Below are positions 53,216 to 64,000 of a stretch of 64,000 nt of DNA, piece after piece. The DNA is from Podarcis pityusensis (taxonomy: Eukaryota), in the NCBI GenBank assembly GCA_964106645.2, contig OZ067040.1. The stretch is one strand, 5' to 3'. Position numbers and translations under genes: made by a program. How positions within the stretch are numbered: position 1 is the first letter of the stretch; the number at the start of each line of letters is the position of its first letter. Under the pieces are notes generated by a model. The model had not been told where the DNA came from and searched no databases. It saw only the letters and a program-made list of their open reading frames with translations.

Positions 53216-55087
53216 TCCCCCCCCCCCTTTCAGTACAGGGTATGATACCTTATATTACATAAAGGGTAACATATGTCATAATATTCCAGTGCCAAGCCCA
53301 GCACTTGTACTATGTTCCACTGAAATTGAAATCATGGAGGCTTGCTTCGAGTGAGGGTTCTCTGATCTAGCGAGAGCAGTCTTCATCAAGATTCGCCTCT
53401 GCTAGGTCTCACATGCAGAAAATGGGCGTTCATCAGAGAGAAGCCATGTCCAGCATGTGCGCACGGCTGCATGCACGCTTATTGGTCGGTGCTTCCCGAC
53501 AATCTAACCTATCCTTATCACCACTAGTGCCATTCCCACTACTCTCTCCAGCACCAGAGAACCACTGAGGATAAGAATCATTTCTGCCTAATTTGTATTG
53601 CCAGATGGTGTATTGAGGCAGGGAGATAGTGGCATGGCTAAGCACATTTGATGAGTTAATGGCAAAGGCTGGGATTTCCTATCTCCTAGCTACTATACTA
53701 GACCAGGTAAATAATGGATAAATATGTGTGCATGGTGCTTCATTTGTGATTTTTTTCCAGTGTACCTTGCTCAATCTAACCAGCTCTATTTAGAGAACAC
53801 TTAAGTGGCATCAGGTTCTCTTTGTGAAGGACAGTCGGTGGTTACTTCAAGTATTATACATATTTCCACCAAGAATGCCTTGCAGCAAATTGTCATTTAC
53901 CACAGAAGTAGTTCTTCAATCATCAAGCGCCAAAATAAAGTTACGTGGTTTAAGAACTGGTGAATGGTGATGTTGAAAACTGCAACATTAACAAACCTGT
54001 GGGGAAACGGTTTTTTCTCTCTCTCCCAGAAGACATCATTTCTTAAAATTGCTGTACCTCAGTGACAGCACTTCAAAGGGAAACTCCGGTGTGAAATTGA
54101 TGAAGTAGAATTTAGCAACAAACAATTCTATTCATTTTAGGCTAGCCTTTGCCAACCCTGGTGCCCTCCAGATGTTTTGGGCTTCCAATTCGATCACCTT
54201 TTCCTCCCTGTTGCCATTTTTTGTCAGAATCACAGTGAGCAAGGAAAGGGTTACACTTCCCCAAAATCCAATTCAAAACTCAGTTCCCCTCCCCACCGTA
54301 CTTTTTTTTAAAAAGACCTCAACATGTTACAGGTGACAGACATATATTGCATGTGTAGTTAAGCTGTGTGTATATGTTTACCAACGAAGGAGGATACTTC
54401 ATCTGACAAAGCGCTCTAGTCAATGAAATCTTATGCCGCTATAAGTCTGTTAGTCTTCAGTGCTGTAGATGGGTTTAAGGGCTCCAGTAGCTTCTCATTG
54501 TCGGATAATAATTTCTGGAGATGAAGTTTAATCTACAGCCTGCTTATCTAGAATAATCCCAGGAAGTCATTCGAGACTGTACCAGAAGTGAGTATTCATA
54601 TCTCTCTTTTCCCTAAACCTCACTGAATTGCAATCAGACATAGAGCGGATCCTCAAAATATTATGCAGCTGCAAACACCGTTGAAGTGAATTGAGGGTTA
54701 ACTGGAATCCTATGGCCATCATAGGCAGAGGTTGCCAAGTACCTAAGGCTATAGTTATACAAACAGCAATTCCACAAGCAGAAGACTTCAATATGCTTTC
54801 TCTTTCTGCTTCATGTCATACAATAAATGGCCACACAATTAACATAGCTGACTTCATAGCCCTGCTTCTTTTCATTAATTAATATTGTTGCACAGAATGA
54901 GGAGACTTTGGGATGGGAGTGGGGAAAACACAAAAGTGCTTATTACAGTTTTCTTTGATTTATCGTATTTCTATGCTGCTTTTCATTCAAATAAATCCCA
55001 AAGCGGCTAACAAATAATAAATAACAGTTATGAGAATAAAATGTAATGGAACACCACAGATACAGAAAAATCATAAAAAATTAACTG

Positions 55088-55120
<33 letters not shown>

Positions 55121-56292
55121 ATAATAATAATAATTGCATATGCCGCCCATCTGACTGGGTTGCCCCAGCCACTCTGGGCGGCTTCCAACAAACTATAAAA
55201 CCACAGTAAAACACCAAACATTAAAAGCTTCCCTATACAGGGCTGCCTTCAGGTGTCTTCTAAAAGACAGATAGATGTTTATTTCCTTTACATCTGACAG
55301 GAGGGCATTCCATAGGCGGACTCAACTACCGAGAAGGCAATTACAATACAACAATTGCAATCTATAGTATAAAACATATTAAAAGCAGCAATTAAAAAAA
55401 ACAACACACAAAGCCACAATTACAGCAAAAGACATATGATTACCAAATCAATATGGCACTTATAATTTATAGAACAAAATTAACAGAATAACAACTAAAA
55501 ATATAAGTTAAGTAAGCTCTGTTAAGTTCACACACAAACTCTCTCCATGTCCCCATGATTTGTAATCTTTCTATTCAATTCATTAAAATACACATAACGT
55601 CTGTCTTTAAGCCAGCTCAGCCAGATGTTTGCCTTCCATTGTAGAAGAGGAAAGGAGATGAAGGCCATATAAGCATAAATGCTATAGCAATGCCAACCAA
55701 AACGAAACACAACATCCGTGAAATTCGATTCCTCATAGCAAATTTTAAACCCAGTTTATTCTGGTGTCTCATTCAACCCCTCCCCTTGAGTGCTGTTCTA
55801 ACCCGTCTGTCCCACTAGGCAATAGACTATGAAATCGGACATGACCGATTGATCACCAGGCATTGATTCTCATGAAAACTAATGGAATGTAAAGAAAACG
55901 TAAGAAGCCAGATCCGTGTGAAGAGGCTGTTTGTTCATTTTAAAAAATAAACTCATTTACCAGTTGGCTCAGCAATAAAGGCTAACATATTTGGGTTCAA
56001 ACGAAATTAGCAGTGGCCTTACAGAGTAACGAAGTATGTGTGAAGCCTTGGGGGTGATTTGGTAGGACTAAAATAATTGCAGGATAATTCTGGCTGAAGG
56101 CACTGTCCTCTTGTCAGCCAGTCGATCAAACTCTGCCTGCGTACTTCAGATTCGTTTATTCTGTCAGCTACAGAACTATGAATTCTAGTCACCGTGTCAA
56201 CTGTAAACTGTCTTAAGAGTTTGCTCTAAAAAAAAGGAAAAGGAAACACTAAGTTTCTAAATGATGCTTTCTGGCTGTATACTCATTTTCAG

Positions 56293-56349
56293 GTTCTGAT
56301 ATGTTTATAATACTTGAAGAGGCTTATGAGCAAGAGAATTACTATTAAG
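56293..56349 (+). other. Candidate 5' non-coding exon of GJA10
   Basis: Strong donor AAG|GTAAGC at 56349/56350 and an upstream TTTTCAG; matches the acceptor TGTTTCAG|G at 57868/57869 ahead of the GJA10 start. Confidence 0.4.
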
Positions 56350-57409
56350 GTAAGCAGCCAAATAATATCTGAACTTATTTCAAAGGCAAATATATGTAGG
56401 TGATTACATAGTTCTTATTTTTATTATTTGGTTTTTAAATGACTGCTTAGGTTCTGTTACGATTTTGCCATGTTTAAATAATATTTCCTTTTTTTAACCT
56501 TATCCATTTTTCTAATCTAAACTTTGCACCTGATTATATAAACCAGATGGGTGCTAAAACCATGAGGAAAAAGGAAGGTAACTGAAAAGTTGCAGCAGGT
56601 AGAACAGATTTTACATCTGTCCGTCACAGCATTTCTTAACAAGGAAGTCTCATTGGGATCTTATGTGTTTATAATTATGTTCCTGGTTGAAACTTAAGTT
56701 AGAATCAAAGGAAAGGGTGTGTACAGGCATTTGTGTGGCTATTTTGTGGGTGGGGAATGGTGGCCTGCTTATGAGCACAGGTGGTCCAGCATCTATGCAC
56801 TATGTGTATAGCTATAGTGTATAACTATGGTGTATAACTTACACAATTTGCTACCACAGAATGGGTATATGGGCATTAGTTTAGATGAGCTATAGGGGAC
56901 CTGTGGGCCATTCAGACTTTGCAGGACTACAAGTCCCATAATCCCCTACTATTGGCAATAGTGTCTGGGGATGATGGCAGCTGGAGTCCAACATCTGGAA
57001 AGCCACAGGTTCCCCATCCCTGCTTTAGGTGTCTTTAAAGTGGGATTAGGCAAATTTGTGAAACCAGGATAGAACCTGATACATAGGGCAGCATACCTGT
57101 TGGTAATAGGTGCTGGGGATAGGCAACAGTTGATGCCTGTGACCTTCATGCCCTGCTTGTAAGCTTTCAAAAACAAACAAACAAACAAACAAACCCAAAA
57201 GCAATTTGATAAAGAATGTGGGGCTATATGCATTTTTAGTCAAACAAGTCAGGTTTGTTCTTACGTTCTTTATTCATCTCCAAAATTCTCGGCTGATAGG
57301 TGGCACCCCTCAAACGTTCAGTCTACCAGATGCAACTTTTTATTGATATTTTGAGATGGGGTTGAATTTGTCCGAGTTTAGAAAACCAGGTGACAGGGAA
57401 AGGCAGAGG

Positions 57410-57413
<4 letters not shown>

Positions 57414-57461
<48 letters not shown>
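57414..57461. repeat. (GA)n microsatellite
   Basis: Seen directly. Confidence 0.9.
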
Positions 57462-57466
<5 letters not shown>

Positions 57467-57884
57467 TAGCTGTTCCTATTATTATTTGAAGCCTGAAGGT
57501 CTTCAACGGTGAAGATCGCATAAGAAAGAAAATAATGCAATAAATAGTAATGCCCAAGAGGATCCTTTAGGTTGGTGGATGGGGACTTGTAGCTATCCAA
57601 ATGTTATTCAACTCCCTTCAGTCCCAGTCAGCATGGTCAATGATCAGGAATGTTATAGTTCAGCAATATATGGTGGGCCATAGGGTTCCCAACTCACAAC
57701 AGTAAACACAGCAAATCTCATTTGATCATCCTATTTCAGTCAGTGCCAGCTGTGTCAAAAGGAATTAGGAACAATTTTAGATAAAAATATGATCAAGCGC
57801 CAATGCCCATAGAACCGAACTGTAGTTTGGTATTTCATCGTTTAACACTGCATTGTTATTTGTTTCAGGGATGAACCCATGACT

Positions 57885-59402
57885 ATGGGGGACTGGAACT
57901 TGCTGGGCAGCATTCTAGAAGAAGTACACATCCATTCTACCATAGTGGGCAAAATCTGGCTCACCATCCTTTTCATATTTCGAATGCTAGTTCTTGGTGT
58001 TGCAGCTGAAGATGTCTGGGATGATGAGCAAGCAGAGTTCATTTGCAACACAGAGCAGCCTGGCTGCAGCAATATCTGCTATGACAAAGCTTTTCCCATC
58101 TCCCTGATCCGTTACTGGGTGCTACAGGTAATCTTTGTTTCATCTCCTTCCCTCGTTTATATGGGTCATGCCCTTTACAGACTACGGGCCCTTGAGAAAG
58201 AGAGGCAGCGGAAGAAAGCTCACCTCAAAGCACAGCTGGAAGAGATCGAGCTTATATTGGAAGAACACAGGAGAATAGAGAGGGAACTGAGGAAGTTGGA
58301 AGAACAAAAGAAAGTAAACAAGGCACCCTTGCAAGGGGCCTTGCTGTGGACCTACATCCTGCATATCCTGACGCGGTCAGTCTTAGAAGTGGGTTTTATG
58401 GTGGGTCAGTATCTTTTATATGGGTTTCAAATGTATCCACTTTATAAATGCACTCGCCCACCATGTCCTAACACTGTGGATTGTTTTGTATCTAGACCAA
58501 CAGAGAAAACTATCTTCATGGTTTTCATGCACAGTATTGCAGCAGTTTCTCTCTTTCTGAATGTTTTAGAGATTGTCCACTTGGGGGTAAAGAAGATTAA
58601 AAAGACCCTTTGTGGGACACTCAAGGAGGAGCTTGTAGCCACTGATAATGACATTAACTTTTCCAAAAAAAATTCAGTGATACAGCAGATTTGCATCATG
58701 TCTAACTTGTCTCCCCAAGGCAGTTTTAAATTTATGCCAGACCAGCAAGTTGGGCTGCCAGCTTACTTGGCTCCTGAGGAAGGATTCACACCTGCTGAAC
58801 AAAACCAGAACCCAATAAACGCAGAACAACAATGGTGCAGCAACCAGAGAAGCAGGCCAAATCAGCACCAGGGTCAACTCCACCACCTCTGCAGACATCT
58901 AGAACATCCTAATGAGTGTGATCAGCACCACCGACAGCTCCCCAGGCACCTCCAAAATCTCATGGGTCAGCGGCATGACTATCAACAACAGAATGAGTCT
59001 TCCAGCAGTGAGGATGTCCAGAAGCCATCACAGCAGGGCACCAACAGCTATCGAAAGAATGAACAGCATCCTCTAGAACATTCCAAGAATCCTCAACATG
59101 GTCCTAAACCTTGCATTATCTCCAGTCATATGGACAGCCCTCAAGGCATTCTTCGAAAGCATAGCCGGGCACTCAGCTGCAAGGACTTAGGAACTGATCA
59201 CTGTGACTCTCCAGACAGCGGGCGTCATCAGAACCGCAAGTCTAGCTTTTTGTCCAGGGTGTTGTCAGAAAGCCAGCTGGACACAGACTCAGACACCTCA
59301 GACTCACGGAATGGTTCTGGCTCAGATGCCAAACACAGAGATGATAGCAGTCTTCCGAACACACCACCACTTCCTTCCGCAATGGGACGCAGAATGTCAA
59401 TG
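57885..59402 (+). CDS. GJA10: Gap junction alpha-10 (Cx57/Cx62-like connexin), main coding exon; unspliced read-through ends at 59447
   Basis: [37 protein letters not shown] start; connexin cysteine signatures ([14 protein letters not shown]; [20 protein letters not shown]); four TM segments; position next to CASP8AP2. Confidence 0.95.
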
Positions 59403-62400
59403 GCAAGTAGACCCAAGCGACCTTCCTTCTATACCCTGCTAGTGTGAGTTATCGCTCCTTAGCATAGCGCTAGCTTAGGTCTTGGGCTTTACTGGTTCGT
59501 TCAGAATTGTGATCAAATAGAGCGGAAAATAATTTTGAGCTCTTTCATACCAAGTTAAGTCTTTGAGAAATATAACTGTTGCAGCAGAAAGGCATTTTAA
59601 AAACAAAACAAAATGAAAGGCATCAGACACTATGAATCTTATGGGGGGGGGGGAATTGGGAATGGGGGAGGTGCATACAATCAAATAGTGTTGCCACTGC
59701 TATCAATGTTAATATTAATGTAAAGACTTCCACACATGAACAAACAGGGTAAACAGTATTTCCTTGAATCCTCCTTGAAGCATACTTTACCCTATTTTTC
59801 AGTTTGGGAACTGAGGTTAAGGGCACCATGAAGGGTACATTATCTCCACAGCTGAGTAGGATTTTAAACTCTATTTTTCAGCAGTTATGAGGATGTGCCA
59901 TCAAATCACAGATCAGCTATAAACTCACAAGGTGGTCTAAGATAAGCCAAAGACCTCTTAGACTCAGCTCCAACCTTTGATATGGGTATCAGAACACTGG
60001 TCTAACAAAGCATTCTGAGGCTTGAAACCTCTTAGCCCCTCTGCTATATACATGGCTTCCATTGTGTCCTGCTCACAGTGACCCGTCTTGTGTGTGCACA
60101 CCCTCTAGGGGACAGGAGGGTCCATTATCCCAGCAGGTGAATGTGATCAAGGGTATGTATGTATCTCAGAATTCCTCCCCAAACCATGATGCCACAATGT
60201 TATGTAGACACCATGCAGATCAATCAGCTGAGTGACCTTTACAGTCATATCAAGTGAATGTGACCTATGCAGTTAGAAATTGTACAGTAATAAAATATGA
60301 GTGTGGGTGCATTTCCAAGCAGAGATTTTCTGCTCCTTTATGAGCTAAACAAGAATTAACTGAGACTGGTCTCTTATCATGCGGTGATGCAGGCTTGCCT
60401 TCTTCTAACCTGTTCAATTGTCAGGATTCTGCCTCCATACTAATTTTGGCTGGTAATTGCTTCCAACTGGTAGTTTGAGCTAAGCATTACCACGGTCCTG
60501 CAACCATTCCAATTCAGAGAAAGGCTCAGTGTACGATAACACTTGTTTTCCTAAGAAGCATAGGCTCATCTGCCGCATAGTTAGGCGATGCTACCTGAGA
60601 GGTTCTTATGTGGCTGCCATGTGGTACTTTGTGAGTTTCACTTTAAATGCCTGGACAGAACCCAGAAAGAGGACAAGAGGTCATGGCTCACCACACATTC
60701 ATTAGACTGCCTGCATGTTCCATGACCATAGGCACTGCTCCCTCTACATCATAGACAGGAAACTTATGCCCTACCCATATTCAACTCCCATCAGCCCCAG
60801 CCAGCATGGCCAGGATCTAGAGCAGGTGTGGGGGAACCTATGACCCTCCAAATTCCCAGCCTCAGCATGAATGTTCTATGGCAATAATGCCAAAGGGCCA
60901 ATGGGAATCGTAGTTCATCAACATATCTATGAATATCTAGAAAAATCTGGAGGGCTAATGGTTCCTCACACCTGATCTAGTAGGCTACAGGTGCTCCACC
61001 CCTGCTCTAGGCTCCCTTTCTACCTCTGCACTGACAATGGGGTGGGTCAGAGCTTTAGCTGCCCATCTCATTCCTACCCTCAAAACTGTTTACTATAAAG
61101 ATGCTTTATGTGGGGCTGCCTTGTTTCTGGTCTGGAAGCTGTAACTTCCAGCGGCCAGACTGCTCATGGGAGAAAGCTACATGTTACTCTTGCTGAGAGA
61201 GCCGCACAGGTTGCCAGCTTGCTGCTGGACCAGGTTCAAGGTTATTGTGTTAGTTCACAAAGCCCTACAGAACTAGGGTCTAAAGTACCTTAAAAACCAC
61301 TTGGTTCCTTAAATATTCCACTGCCAAGGGGGAATTTGGGTAGCCCTTCATGCCCGTCAGGTTTGGTCAGCCTTTCCCAGGCACCAAGCTTTCAGTGTTG
61401 CAGCCCCTACCCTGAGAAACTCCTTGCCAATGGAAGTCCCTCAGGACATCTTTGCTTCCTTTTAGATGTTGAAACCTGTACTGTTCAGACGGGCCTTTGG
61501 AACTTGGATTTTGTTGTTTTTAACTAACCAGTTTTATTGATATGCTATTATAGTAGCTTATGTTTGATATGCTATTATAGTAGCTTATGTTTCCACACTG
61601 CACGCCACCTTGTTGTTTTTCTATCAAAGTGTGGTTTATAAATATATATATATTTAAATGGTTTAATGAAACAAACCAGGTTCAAACCTGGCTCACGCCA
61701 CCCAGCCAGCATGACTGATGGTCAGGGTCAGATGATGGGTAGTTGTAGTCCAACAACACCTGGAAGGCATCTGTAGTTTAAATTAATCAGAGCTCCAAGT
61801 TCAGATGTAAGGGGGAACTCACACTAGCAGATGCTTCCACTGTGACAGGACATCTTAAACAAGTAAGTTGGCTCACTTTCAGAGATTGGATATTGGGCCT
61901 TGTGGGCTGCTACATTCTTATATTTCTGAGAAAATATTATTTGTTTGCACTACTTACTATGCTGTTCAGCTGTTGACTGAGCTCTGCTGTTTAGGCAACA
62001 AGTGTTTATGTGGTTGAACAGGACCCAAGAAGTCCTGGGCAATTGATTTTCCTCTCCCAATTGAATTGTTAAAAGCCATGACATGTACAGCTCCATTTGC
62101 TGGATTGGTTGAAGCAGCAGCATTGACCAGCACAGCAACTGAAATGTGGCTTTGTTGCTTAGAGAATGGGGCAGACAGAGCAAAGCTAGTCCTGTCCTGC
62201 TACTCAGAAACACCCTGAGTGACAAGAGATTGAGGGCAGACAAAGGGAAGTACTTTGACACAAATTCAGAAATGGCCACTAGCTTAGATCACTTTTTAAA
62301 GGGATCCTATAAATTCATGGAGGACAGATCTGTTATATCAGAAATGTGAAACCATTTGCATCCCCTGCCCCAAGGCACTGTTGAACCACAACCCCCATGA

Positions 62401-62462
62401 TCCTTAACCATTTTGCGATGGTAGCTGCAGCTGATGCGCCACCACTTCCACATCTTCTGGAG

Positions 62463-62713
62463 CAGGGGTCAGCAAACTTTTCCAGCAGGGGACTGGTCCA
62501 CTGTCCCTCAGGACCTTGTGGGGGGCCGGACTAGATTTTGGGGGGGGGGAATGAACAAATTCCTATGCCCCACAAATAACCCAGAGATACATTTTAAATA
62601 AAAGCACACATTCTACTCAAGTAAAAATACGCTGATTCCTGAACCTCCGCGGGCCGGATTTAGAAGGCGATTGGGCTGTATCTGGCCCCCAGGCCTTAGT
62701 TTGCCTACCCATG
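62463..62713. mobile_element. hAT-type MITE nested in an older short repeat
   Basis: Ends CAGGGGTCAGCAAAC...GTTTGCCTACCCATG; flanks TTCTGGAG/ATCTGGAG (7/8). Confidence 0.7.
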
Positions 62714-63135
62714 ATCTGGAGGGCTACAGCTTCTCCACCACTCTCATATTCTGAGGCAATAGATGACTGGAAAGTATTTGTTGGGGGCCAAACAGCAGGA
62801 CAGAAGTACTGCTTGTGACTGGACTAGGCTGACCTTGGTTTAATCCAGCAGGGTGGTTGTTGTGCTTTTAAGATGAAGCACTGAGCTGGTGTGGCTGACC
62901 TGCATCCCTCAATATATTGTTGGACTCTAGCTCCCATCAGTCTCAGCATAACCAATGGTTTGAGATGATGGGAACATCCAGAGGGAAACAGATTTGTCAC
63001 TCCTTCACTAAACTGTAAGCAAAACAGGTAAGTTAAAACTAAAATAATCTATAAATCTATTGAGAATGAACATTTCACTGAACCTTCTTTCTTCTTCTAC
63101 AAGCCAAGTCAGTTTCTTTCTCTTTTCTCTTTCAG

Positions 63136-63174
63136 AATGTGCTACTAGAACTATCATCTATCATGAAAAAATAA
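63136..63174 (+). CDS. GJA10: GJA10 terminal coding exon (NVLLELSSIMKK*)
   Basis: Long pyrimidine tract and TTTCAG acceptor, then AAT GTG CTA CTA GAA CTA TCA TCT ATC ATG AAA AAA TAA, matching the LLELSSIMKK C-terminus I recall for spliced Cx57. AATAAA at 63649 and 63831. Confidence 0.85.
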   Translation, partial: NVLLELSSIMKK

Positions 63175-64000
63175 TGCTTGCTTAGCAGCACTACCAAAGC
63201 ACAGCAGCAAATCCCGAAACCTGAAATATGAAGGTTAAAAGCAGTTCTCTCCCTTCCTCCTAGACCCTAGCAAATATGCTGCTTCAAGGTGGACAGCTAT
63301 GGATACGGAATCTGTTATTTCTGACTGACACATGCATCTTGGCAGCTGCACGTGTGACCCAAAAGCCTCTTTCAAAACGCTCCCATTTCCTCTCATGTGC
63401 AACAACTAGGAGCTGTTTAGTGTGTCCAGCTGCTACAAAACAGCATTCTTTTGTTCCTAGGAGAAGACTATGGGGGAGATACGCATCTTGATTTGTAGGA
63501 CTGCCACATAGCTATCCAGCAGGAGCCCCGGTACACAACTTCAAGGCTGTTGAGATACAAAACATCTGCAAGGGTGGGATTGGCAGACGAGACTGCTTTC
63601 TGAAAGGCTCTCTTCCCTGCCCACCTCTGTACGCCCCAGGAATCAATGAATAAAAGATGAAAGCAGCATGCAGTAAGTTTTTAGTTCAATGCTGCAGGTT
63701 AACAAAGAAGTCTGAATCCATCACGAAGATGCACAGCTACCTCCCTCCCCAGACCTTTGGCACGCTGAATCTTATGATCTTGAAGGAATTGTCAGCATTA
63801 CCTTGTTACTTGCCTGTTTCTCCAAATGTTAATAAACACGGGCTGAAAGCTTTTTTAAAAAAACAAAACATGACATAGCCTACCCCTGTTTTATTCCTTT
63901 AGCATAAAAGGGGACTAAAACAACAGCTTAAACTGTTTCTACATTGTCTTTGTCCAGACAGTTCTACTTGCTGCTGCTTATGGAAAGGTTGGGTTTTTAA

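Overview
Vertebrate genomic DNA, almost certainly a squamate (probably a lacertid lizard, judged from a full-length Sauria SINE and other squamate repeats). It covers the conserved MDN1-CASP8AP2-GJA10 synteny block. (1) Minus strand: the 5' part of MDN1 (midasin/Rea1 AAA-ATPase), 39 coding exons reconstructed in one continuous frame (5742 nt, 1914 aa, AAA modules D1-D5), running off the left edge. (2) Plus strand: complete CASP8AP2/FLASH, 9 coding exons, 1997 aa, head-to-head with MDN1 but with its own CpG island. (3) Plus strand: GJA10 (Cx57/Cx62-type connexin), whose C-terminus (NVLLELSSIMKK) appears to lie in a small exon 3.7 kb downstream that the ORF track misses. Introns carry hAT and Tc1/mariner MITEs with intact TSDs, SINEs, a solo LTR, Penelope-like remnants and microsatellites. 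I see no wholly new gene system. The most notable items are four GC-AG introns (three in MDN1, one controlling the GJA10 C-terminus), repeat tracts beside two of the GC donors, a uORF whose stop overlaps the CASP8AP2 start (TAATG), and a diverged FLASH LDLY motif (LNLF). Comparisons with human/mouse proteins are from memory, not from searches.
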